DNA of 64,000 bases from Acidobacteriota bacterium. GTDB lineage: Bacteria > Acidobacteriota > Vicinamibacteria > Vicinamibacterales > UBA2999. Below are positions 1 to 7,744 of the stretch, piece after piece. The stretch covers positions 19,855 to 83,854 of the forward strand of contig JAKFYH010000049.1 in assembly GCA_021730945.1 (NCBI GenBank). The letters run 5' to 3'. Made by a program: the position numbers and the translations under genes. Below the pieces are notes generated by a model. The model was not told the DNA's origin. It made no database searches and was given only the letters and a program-made list of their open reading frames with translations. Within the stretch, counting starts at the first letter, position 1. The number at the start of each line of letters is the position of its first letter.

Positions 1-555
1 CGTGCCCCACAGGACATAGGCGATGCCGCCGAAGTAGAGCAGGCCGAGGCCGACGACAACCTGCGGTACCCAGTGCCACTTGCTCATGAAGACGTGGAAG
101 GGGTCCTTGCAGAGGTCCGGCGCGTAGCGCTTCAGCACCTCGGTGTCGTGGTGCATGCCCTTGCCCATGAGGATCCAGCCGATGTGCGCCCACAACGCGC
201 CTTCTTTCGGCGTGTGCGGGTCGCCGTCCTGATCCGAGTACTGGTGGTGAATGCGGTGCGTGGCGACCCAGAAAATGGGCCCGCCCTCGAGCGCCAGCGT
301 GGCGCAGGTGGTGAGGAAGTATTCCATCCACTTGGGCGTCTTGTAGCCGCGGTGCGTCAGCAGGCGGTGATACGCCATGCCGATGCCCAGCGAGCCGGCG
401 ACCCACCAGAGGATGACCGCCGCCATGATGGCGCCGAAGTCGATGTACCAGAACGCCGCGACGGCGCCGATATGGAACGCCGTCATGGCAATGAAGGTGA
501 TCCAGTTAATGCCCGTGGCGGCCTTGCGGCCATAAATCTCAGTGACAGGAATCAT
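1..555 (-). CDS. Delta-9 type acyl-CoA/acyl-lipid fatty acid desaturase (N-terminal part; 3' end beyond window start)
   Basis: Own reverse-strand translation from ATG at 555 gives MIPVTEIYGRKAATGINWITF... It has the membrane-desaturase histidine boxes HRLLTHR and HRIHHQYSD. It is absent from the ORF track because it runs off the edge. The + ORF 73..594 is its antisense shadow. Confidence 0.85.
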   Translation of the reverse strand, partial: MIPVTEIYGRKAATGINWITFIAMTAFHIGAVAAFWYIDFGAIMAAVILWWVAGSLGIGMAYHRLLTHRGYKTPKWMEYFLTTCATLALEGGPIFWVATHRIHHQYSDQDGDPHTPKEGALWAHIGWILMGKGMHHDTEVLKRYAPDLCKDPFHVFMSKWHWVPQVVVGLGLLYFGGIAYVLWGT

Positions 556-643
556 GGGCCAGACAGTAACAGGCCTCAAACAGGCGCACTGTAATAGTTG
601 TGTCATTGCTTCAAGTCTTGATTATGCAACGTCTTAATGATAT

Positions 644-1036
644 TTGTTATATCCATATATGGCTATGACTTCTCTTGAGCGCGAGCTGAAGCGCGGTACC
701 GCCGGGCTGTTGATCCTGGCGCTACTGGAAGAGGAGGAACGGCACGGCTACCAGATCGCACAGCTCATCGCCGCGCGAAGCGGCGGCGTCATCACCTTTC
801 ACGCCACCTCGCTCTATCCCACGCTCTATCGCCTCGAAGACAAGGGGCTGATCGAGGGCCGGTGGGTGGAAAAAGGCCGGCCCCGCCGCGCCGCGGCCAC
901 CGCCGGCGCGCGCCGCCGCCGCTACTACCGGCTGACGCCGGGCGGCCGCGGCGTCCTGGCCAAGCAGCGATCTGTGTGGGAGAGCTTCTCGACCGCACTG
1001 ACGCGGATCGCGGGAGGGACAGGAAACGACGCCTAG
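644..1036 (+). CDS. PadR family transcriptional regulator
   Basis: ORF track 644..1036. It has the winged-helix PadR signature LLILALLEEEERHGYQIAQLI...SLYPTLYRLEDKGLIEGRWVE...RRYYRLTPGG. The true start is probably ATG 659 or 665. Confidence 0.85.
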   Translation: MLYPYMAMTSLERELKRGTAGLLILALLEEEERHGYQIAQLIAARSGGVITFHATSLYPTLYRLEDKGLIEGRWVEKGRPRRAAATAGARRRRYYRLTPGGRGVLAKQRSVWESFSTALTRIAGGTGNDA

Positions 1037-3892
1037 CTACTTCAGCACGAACCGTCGCCACGTCTCGACGATCGCGCGGTCGGGGCCGCCAAGTGCCTGG
1101 TGGCGCTCGACGTAGTTACGGAATCGGGCCAGGTTGTCCGGACTGAGGCCCTTGTCCTGCCCGTGCATGCGATACAGCACCTGGACGGCAATGAACAGCA
1201 GTGGCTGATCATCGGTGCTCCCGCTGTCCAGCAGGTCGACCAGTTTCGGCAGCGCGCCGCGGTAATCGCCCAGCATGGCCAGGGCCGTGGCCTCGCGACG
1301 GAGCCGCGCATTGTCACTGGCCCATGCCGACGGCGCCTCTTCGAGCAGGTCCACGGCCTGGCGGCCGTCGCCCAAACGCAACAACGCATCCACCAGCGCG
1401 GGATAGACCGCACCAGGATTCTCACTGAGCAGCGCCAGTTGCCACGCCCCCACCGCGTCCTTGTCTCGGCCGAGCGCGGCGTGGGTCGCACCGAGATAGA
1501 ACGCCGCGCCCAGGAAGTCGGACGCGCCCTTCAAGGTTTGCTGGAACCACGCCGCGGCCTGGGGCACCTCGCCCTTGTTCAACGCCTCGAGGCCGCGCAG
1601 GAACGCCAGGTTCAACTCATCATCAGCGGTGCCGCCGGTCTCCAGCGGTGCGGCGTACTGGCCGCCGCGCGCCTTCTCGATCAGCTCTTCCACCTCCGGC
1701 GACGGCGGGTGCAGGGACGCCAGGCCATCGAGGAACGGCGTGACGACCGACGGAATCAATACGCTCTCGCGGACGAACCGCGGCACCGGTGCGAAGATCT
1801 TGACCTCGGCCAGCGGCGCCGGTGGCGCATCGGGATCGAGTGGCACCAGGGTATCGATCGAGACGGCGGTGGTGTCGGCCACGACCGGCGCCATCAGAAA
1901 GGGACGCACCAGGCGCAACTCGGCCAGGCCCGGGGTCCTGATCACCGCGCGGGCGATGTATTCGCCGGGCGGCAACACGCCCAGTCGCAGCGTGGCGGCG
2001 AACGCGCGCAGGTTGTTCGCCCGCATGGCCTGCCGCGCCTCGACGCTCACCAGCGCGTTGCCGTTCTCGGCGTCGGCAATCTCCACGGTCGCTCGCGACC
2101 GCGCCAGCAAGCCGGCGTCGGTGCCGCTCATTTCGACCAAAGCGGTCAGCGTCTCGCTGTCGATGATGCCGGAGGGCCGCGGCCGGGGGAGGTCGCCGCC
2201 GCTTGGCGCCTGCGGCACCAGCATCAGGTCCGACACGCTCAGGCCGCCGCCGGTGCGCGTGAGGCGGGCGTTGATGGTGTGGTGCACGCTGCCGGCGCGT
2301 CCGTGCTCGTCGACGGCGGCAAGTCGCAGCGTGTACTCGCCCGGATCCAGCAGCAGCGAGGTCAGGATCAGCCGCGGCGACTCGCCGCGCACGCTGGCCG
2401 GCGACAACGTGCTCATGCCGGCGCGGTTGAAGACGGCGCGGTCGTTCTTGTCGAGGATGACGATGCCGATCGGCAGCTCCATCTCGGTGCCGGCCGGATC
2501 GCCGAACTCGGCGCTGATGACCACGCGCACCTTCGCGGCGGAGTCCGCATCGATATTGGTGTAGGTGGCCACGCGCATCGGCAGGCCGCGGCTGGGCAGG
2601 GGCTGGCGCAGCACGTCGGTGAGCTGCTCCATCGGGGTCATGGCCGCCGCCGCCGTGTCGGCGGCCGCCTCGGCGTCGCGCAGGACGAAGGTCGGCCGCG
2701 CCCGCACCGTCAGGCCGCGCGGCTTGACCTGCACTTTGATGCGGTGCTCCTTGCCACGGCGATCGGCTTCAGTCGGTTCGAAGCCGAGCAGGTAGTATCC
2801 CGACAGTTCGCGGCCGAGGCGATCGAAGGCGCCGGCGGCCGACGCGTTCACCGTCGCCAGGGTCCCACGGGTTTGTGCCGCCAACTGCTCCAGTCCCTCG
2901 CTCAGCAGCCCATCATCGAAGAACCGCGACACGCCAGGCGAGGCGTTGTCGTCCATGTCGAAGTACGACTGGCCGGGGCGGATGACGTGGATGGTGGCGC
3001 GCGCCTCGGCGGCGCGGCGGCCGAGTTCGCGCATGTTGTTGCGATCGCGAGCGACGAACATGCCCTCGGAGATCATCACGATGTTGATGGGGGTCCTGAG
3101 CTGGGTGAGGCCGGTCAGCAGTCCCTCGAGAGCGCCGATGGTCATGCGCGTGCGCGAGCTGGCGTCGAGCAGCAGGCTGCGGCCATCGGCCTCGACCGCG
3201 CTGCTGCAGGCGTCCAGGCTGGGGCCGGTTTCCCCCGCGCACTCCCGGTCGATGGCCTGTTGCCAGGTCGCGGTGTCGTTGTTCTCAAGCGCCCACGCCT
3301 CGCTGATGTTGACCTTGGTCATGCCGGCGCGGTTGGTGACGCTGCCGGTGACCTTGAGCAGGGCATCGGTGACCCGCTTGCGGTCGGTCGTGAACTCGAC
3401 GCCGCCGACCCCGGTCGGCAGGCGGGCCAGGCCGACCAGGTCGCCCGGCGCCAGCCGGTCGAAGAGCGACTGCGCCGTGCGCAGCACCGAGCGCGACGAG
3501 CCCACCCGGAGATTGCTTTCATCCACGACAAACAGCAAAAGGCGGCCGGTGGTGGCGGTGTCGTTGGCCGAGTAGCCGGTTTCCCGAGGCGTGGCCGGGC
3601 TGACGTTGGTCGGCACGGTGGAGATGAACTGCACCGACTGAATCGGCCGCGGCTGGCCATTGACCTCCAACTCGAAGTCGGCCGCCGTCAGTGTGGCTAC
3701 CGGCCTGGTGTCGCGATCGACAACGTTGACGTCGACCAGGACCAGTTCGGCCCTGGTATCGAAACTTGGCCGCGGCAACTGCGGCGTCGCCTGCGCGGCG
3801 AACACCGTCGCCGCCGCCATTGCCACGATCACCGTCGCCAGGGTCGCGACGCCTCTCCCACCGCCCGCCGCCCGCTTCCCGGCTGCCATCAC
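1037..3892 (-). CDS. Secreted VWFA (acidobacterial VWFA-related type) protein with long middle region and C-terminal TPR-like repeats
   Basis: 951-aa ORF with an N-terminal hydrophobic anchor. The family-typical N-domain reads ELVLVDVNVVDRDTRPVATLTAADFELEVNGQPRPIQSVQF. A VWA core (LLLFVVDESN) is followed by HRIKVQVKPRGLTVRARPTF. The helical-repeat tail reads AAWFQQTLKG...LGDYRGALPKL. Confidence 0.8.
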   Translation of the reverse strand: MMAAGKRAAGGGRGVATLATVIVAMAAATVFAAQATPQLPRPSFDTRAELVLVDVNVVDRDTRPVATLTAADFELEVNGQPRPIQSVQFISTVPTNVSPATPRETGYSANDTATTGRLLLFVVDESNLRVGSSRSVLRTAQSLFDRLAPGDLVGLARLPTGVGGVEFTTDRKRVTDALLKVTGSVTNRAGMTKVNISEAWALENNDTATWQQAIDRECAGETGPSLDACSSAVEADGRSLLLDASSRTRMTIGALEGLLTGLTQLRTPINIVMISEGMFVARDRNNMRELGRRAAEARATIHVIRPGQSYFDMDDNASPGVSRFFDDGLLSEGLEQLAAQTRGTLATVNASAAGAFDRLGRELSGYYLLGFEPTEADRRGKEHRIKVQVKPRGLTVRARPTFVLRDAEAAADTAAAAMTPMEQLTDVLRQPLPSRGLPMRVATYTNIDADSAAKVRVVISAEFGDPAGTEMELPIGIVILDKNDRAVFNRAGMSTLSPASVRGESPRLILTSLLLDPGEYTLRLAAVDEHGRAGSVHHTINARLTRTGGGLSVSDLMLVPQAPSGGDLPRPRPSGIIDSETLTALVEMSGTDAGLLARSRATVEIADAENGNALVSVEARQAMRANNLRAFAATLRLGVLPPGEYIARAVIRTPGLAELRLVRPFLMAPVVADTTAVSIDTLVPLDPDAPPAPLAEVKIFAPVPRFVRESVLIPSVVTPFLDGLASLHPPSPEVEELIEKARGGQYAAPLETGGTADDELNLAFLRGLEALNKGEVPQAAAWFQQTLKGASDFLGAAFYLGATHAALGRDKDAVGAWQLALLSENPGAVYPALVDALLRLGDGRQAVDLLEEAPSAWASDNARLRREATALAMLGDYRGALPKLVDLLDSGSTDDQPLLFIAVQVLYRMHGQDKGLSPDNLARFRNYVERHQALGGPDRAIVETWRRFVLK

Positions 3893-5046
3893 TTGGGCCC
3901 CGGCGCGCGATAGCCCTGGCGGGCGCGCACCGAGTAGTTGGTGCCAGGCACTTCGATCCTGACTTCACGCCAGGCCCCGTCCCGCTTGGGATTGTTCGAT
4001 TCGTACCCCAGCATGTACTGGTTCGACAGTTCTTCGAGGATCTCGGCGAACGGCTGGTCGAGTTGATCGCTGCGGTCCACGAACAGGGCGCGTCCGCCGC
4101 TCAGGTTGACCAGGCGTTCGATGCCGGACTTGAGCTGCGCCTCCCGCACGCCGCGGCCAAGCGCCACCATGAACAGCGTGGCGTCGTTGGCCCGCACCGC
4201 CTTTTCGACCGCGCTGATGGTGGCGTGGCTCGAACGGTCGTCGCCGTCGCTGAACACCACGAGCACCCGCCGGCCGGCGGCGCGCGACAGTTGCTGCACC
4301 CCGCGGACGATCACGTCGTAGAGGGCGGTCCCGCCCCACGGTGCCAGTCGATCGACCGCGCGCGTCCGTTGCACGACGCTGGTTTCCTGCCGGGTGAGGG
4401 TGAACATGTTGTCGTTGAAGGCGACCAGCGTGACCTGATCCTTCGGCCCGAGCGCGCCGAGGAACTTCTTCACCGCATTCTTCAACTGTGGCATCGACGC
4501 GGTCATGCTCTCGCTGACATCGATGGCGACGACGATCTCGAGTGGTGACCCTTCGGCGGAGAAATGGCCGACCACCTGCGGCTTGCCGTCTTCGATCAGG
4601 CGGAATGCCGTCGGCGGCAGCCCGGACACGAAGCGATTGTTCTCGGTCACCACCGCGGTCACCTGCACCACCTCGACACTGACCTTCTCGACCTGCTCCA
4701 GGCCCCTGGTGCGCGCGCTGGCGACGATGCGGCCGCCGCCGATCAAGTTGGCGACCACCCGGAAGACGTGGGGGCGGACGTCGGCGCCGGCGTCCCAGGT
4801 GCATTCGGCGGCAATCGGATCCAGCACGTTGCACACCTGCTTGCCATCGGCGAAGAACAAGAGTTGCGCCACGCGCGTGGCCAGCATGCGCGGCAGGATC
4901 TCGGCCTTGAGCAGGGTGACGCCGCTGACATAGAAATCCGGCTCCGGTGAAACAATGCGAAGTTCGAGCCCGGCCGGCGGTGGCGGCGGTTCCTGCGCTG
5001 ATGCGACCAACGAGAACGCCGTGAGCAAGACAATCAGTCGCAACAT
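3889..5046 (-). CDS. Secreted VWFA (acidobacterial VWFA-related type) protein
   Basis: The ORF track gives 3889..5115. I prefer ATG 5046 (MLRLIVLLTAFSLVASAQE signal peptide), because the upstream 69 nt are a palindromic repeat. It has the MIDAS-like IVVAIDVSESM motif and a C-terminal WREVRIEVPGTNYSVRARQGY. There is a 4-bp ATGA overlap with the downstream gene. Confidence 0.85.
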   Translation of the reverse strand: MLRLIVLLTAFSLVASAQEPPPPPAGLELRIVSPEPDFYVSGVTLLKAEILPRMLATRVAQLLFFADGKQVCNVLDPIAAECTWDAGADVRPHVFRVVANLIGGGRIVASARTRGLEQVEKVSVEVVQVTAVVTENNRFVSGLPPTAFRLIEDGKPQVVGHFSAEGSPLEIVVAIDVSESMTASMPQLKNAVKKFLGALGPKDQVTLVAFNDNMFTLTRQETSVVQRTRAVDRLAPWGGTALYDVIVRGVQQLSRAAGRRVLVVFSDGDDRSSHATISAVEKAVRANDATLFMVALGRGVREAQLKSGIERLVNLSGGRALFVDRSDQLDQPFAEILEELSNQYMLGYESNNPKRDGAWREVRIEVPGTNYSVRARQGYRAPGPK

Positions 5047-5064
5047 AGCAAAGACAACCAGTCC

Positions 5065-5109
5065 ACGGTGTCTGACACCGGCCGTCTGACCCCCGGTGTC
5101 AGACACCGT
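5065..5109. repeat. Pair of inverted 17-bp copies of the palindromic motif CGGTGTC-N-GACACCG (REP-like hairpin inside an operon)
   Basis: ACGGTGTCTGACACCGG (5065-5081) and CCGGTGTCAGACACCGT (5093-5109) are exact reverse complements separated by 11 nt. The same motif occurs twice at 43083-43165. Confidence 0.8.
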
Positions 5110-5111
5110 TG

Positions 5112-7700
5112 TCACTGGGGGCGCAGCGGACCGTTGCCGGCCAGCGCCGCCACGTAATCTTCTACCCGCGAGGGCGAAAGCGCCAGTGCTTGTCTGGCCA
5201 TGGCCGGCCAGTCATCGGGGAAGCGGGCCGCCACATCGTGCCAGTAATCCTGGGCGGCAAACGTCAGTAGCGACGGCACCAGTTGCGCCGGCAGCCCAAG
5301 GCGGGCCGTCTCGTCGATCAGCCGCAGGATCAGGTCGGGCGCCTGGGTGCCGATGACGCCGCCTTCGGGCCGGCCGCCGAAGTCCTCCCAGGGGGCCGAC
5401 CTCGGCATGGCGGTCACCAGCCGGCCGGTCAACCCTTCGCTGTAGACGCCCCATCGGTCGAGCACGGCCGGCGTGAGATCCGGCGCGCCCAGCCATAGCA
5501 AGTCCCGCAATGAAAAAAGCTCCGGCAGCACCTCCGGTGCTCGCGCCGCCAGCCACGACAGCGACTCGCGAACGGCGGCCGCCAGGTGCGCCTCGGCGGC
5601 CAGCGCGGCCATTGCCGGCATGTCCCCTGCAGCATCGGCCACCCGGCGGCGGCCGCGCGCCAGCGCAAGGACGATGCGGTCGCGATCGGCATTGTTCAAC
5701 TCGCGGGGATTGAGCGCCGCCGTGGTACGCGCGATCGTCAGCTGATCGTTCAGGTTGATGGTGGGCTCCACCGGCATCTCGTTATCGGCGAGGCGGCGCA
5801 ACGACAGCCGGGCCAGGCCCAGATCCAGACCGAGCAGTGCGCCCTCCACTCGCCAGGGCAGGCCGTCGCCTACCAGGTCGCGCGGCGGCCACCAGGCCAG
5901 TTCGGTCCGGCGCGACACCACCGGCGAATTGAGCCCAAAGTCGTGACGGGCGACGATGTCGGCGCCGAGCATCGCCGGTCCGGCGGGGTCGCCGAGCGCC
6001 GCCGCGTAGATCAGGGCGAGCAGGGCCTCGGCGATCTGCGGCGGTTGCCCCGACGCGAGCGCCGCGTCAAGCCCGGGTGACTCCAACTGCTCGCGCACCT
6101 CCTTGATGCGTTGATGCTCGGCGGCGGTCAGGTCGAGCCGGTACGACAGTCCCTCCCACTCCACTTCGGGTCGTCCGTCTTCTTCACCGGGACCGGCCAT
6201 GGCCTGCAGGAACTTCGACTCGTATGCGGTCTGGCCGGTCCACTGGTCGGGCCGGGTCAATGGCGGCAGCGCGTCTGACAGCGTGGTGGTGAGCCACCGC
6301 GCCACTGCCGGCATGGACGGCGCATCGCGGTCGACGGCGTCGGCCAGCGACACCACCAGCTGCTCGGCGGTCGCGGCGCTGATGGCGCGTGAGACACGCG
6401 CGCGTTCGACGATGGCCAGCGCCCCCTGGAAGGCGATGAGATCGATCCGGCGTTCGCGGCCTGGCCGTTGGTTGATGCGCCGGGCCGCTTCGATGGCCCG
6501 CGCATAGGTTCGCGGCGCGCGAATGTCGAGGCGGTCGAGCGTGACGATCAGCGCGTGATACCGCCGGTAGCCCGCAATCGTCACCAGCACGTCGGTGGCA
6601 TCGGCCGCGGTCGCGCCGCCGAAGACGAGTTGCGCGAAGCGCACCGATTCGAATCGATCGCGGCGCTCGCGTGGCGGCACCGCGGCGATCTTCACGGCCA
6701 GCCAGGTCAGCGTCACCGGCGTGTCGGGTTCGCGGCGCACGCTGGCCGCCTCGCGGCGCGACAGGTCCGGCCGCTCGAACACTGCCTCCCACAACCACTG
6801 CCAGTTCGGCGCCGCGACCTCGCCGCCGCTCAGGGCGACCTGGGTGGTGACCATCCAGGCGTCGGCGACGCTGCGCAGGAACGGGTGATCCTCGATCTTC
6901 CAGTTCTGATCGCCGATGCGAAAGGCACTGAGCATCGTGCGGGTCTGCTCGATCTGCAACTCGATCGGGCCGGGACCGAAGACCGCCGACATGCGATCGG
7001 GCGTCATGGTGGCGACCGCGCCGTAAAGCCAGGCCAGGCGCCCGGCGTCGCGCACCACCAGCGCGCGCACGAAGTCTGCCGGCCGCGTGACCTTCTCGGC
7101 GACGAGGGCCTCCCAAATCGGCACCGCCGGCAGGCCGCCGGGGACCGCGATGCGATCGTCTTCAATACGCAGGCCGCGCGCCGCCGCCAGAAACGCGCCC
7201 GGCGCCGTGCGCACCAGCCACTTGAGCAGTCCGCGATCGCGATCGAGCAGCCGTCGCATGGAGGCATCGGCCGACATGGTGGCGGCCGCGACCAGCAGTG
7301 CCGGCCGATCGGCGACCAGAGCGGGGAAGAGCTCGGTGCCGCCCTTCAGATCCAGAACATCACGCCAATGATCGGCGGTGAGTGGCGCGGCAATCGTGAG
7401 CGGCTGCGACCCGTCGGGCAGCGCCAGCGGTGCGCCGGAGGGAGTCAGCGCCGCGTCGATGACCCGCGTCACGCGGGCGCGATCGGTCCCCTGGCCGTGC
7501 AGCGCGCGCGCCAGGATCGCTAGCGCCGTGCCCCGTTCTTCAGGCGCCAGCCCGAGGGCGCGATAGGTCGCGGTGCCACCGGTGACTGGCAGGTCGAAGA
7601 AGCCGGGGACCGGCGTGGTCACGGCCGTGACCTCGGCCGCCTGCGGGAACCAGGCGCCAGACAGCAACAGGGCAGCCAGCAGCAGGCGAATCAAGGCCAC
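5112..7700 (-). CDS. Large secreted hypothetical protein (862 aa), first gene of the VWFA operon
   Basis: Long ORF with a signal peptide (MALIRLLLAALLLSGAWFPQAAE). I recognise no motif in it. It is co-directional with the two VWFA genes downstream. Confidence 0.6.
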   Translation of the reverse strand: MALIRLLLAALLLSGAWFPQAAEVTAVTTPVPGFFDLPVTGGTATYRALGLAPEERGTALAILARALHGQGTDRARVTRVIDAALTPSGAPLALPDGSQPLTIAAPLTADHWRDVLDLKGGTELFPALVADRPALLVAAATMSADASMRRLLDRDRGLLKWLVRTAPGAFLAAARGLRIEDDRIAVPGGLPAVPIWEALVAEKVTRPADFVRALVVRDAGRLAWLYGAVATMTPDRMSAVFGPGPIELQIEQTRTMLSAFRIGDQNWKIEDHPFLRSVADAWMVTTQVALSGGEVAAPNWQWLWEAVFERPDLSRREAASVRREPDTPVTLTWLAVKIAAVPPRERRDRFESVRFAQLVFGGATAADATDVLVTIAGYRRYHALIVTLDRLDIRAPRTYARAIEAARRINQRPGRERRIDLIAFQGALAIVERARVSRAISAATAEQLVVSLADAVDRDAPSMPAVARWLTTTLSDALPPLTRPDQWTGQTAYESKFLQAMAGPGEEDGRPEVEWEGLSYRLDLTAAEHQRIKEVREQLESPGLDAALASGQPPQIAEALLALIYAAALGDPAGPAMLGADIVARHDFGLNSPVVSRRTELAWWPPRDLVGDGLPWRVEGALLGLDLGLARLSLRRLADNEMPVEPTINLNDQLTIARTTAALNPRELNNADRDRIVLALARGRRRVADAAGDMPAMAALAAEAHLAAAVRESLSWLAARAPEVLPELFSLRDLLWLGAPDLTPAVLDRWGVYSEGLTGRLVTAMPRSAPWEDFGGRPEGGVIGTQAPDLILRLIDETARLGLPAQLVPSLLTFAAQDYWHDVAARFPDDWPAMARQALALSPSRVEDYVAALAGNGPLRPQ

Positions 7701-7744
7701 ACTTTATACTGAACCCTGCGAGGTTCCATCCCGTCCAACCTCCC

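Noticed and set aside
1100-3913. Very long antisense or out-of-frame ORFs. Examples are 1100..3913 +, 6468..7523 +, 13909..15273 +, 34917..35924 -, 35669..36952 -, 47724..49571 -, 55506..56744 -, 60275..61342 - and 62110..63366 -.
   Set aside because: They are typical shadow ORFs of high-G+C DNA. They are Arg/Gly/Ala/Pro/His-rich low-complexity translations with no recognisable motifs. Each fully overlaps a gene on the other strand or frame that has clear family signatures.
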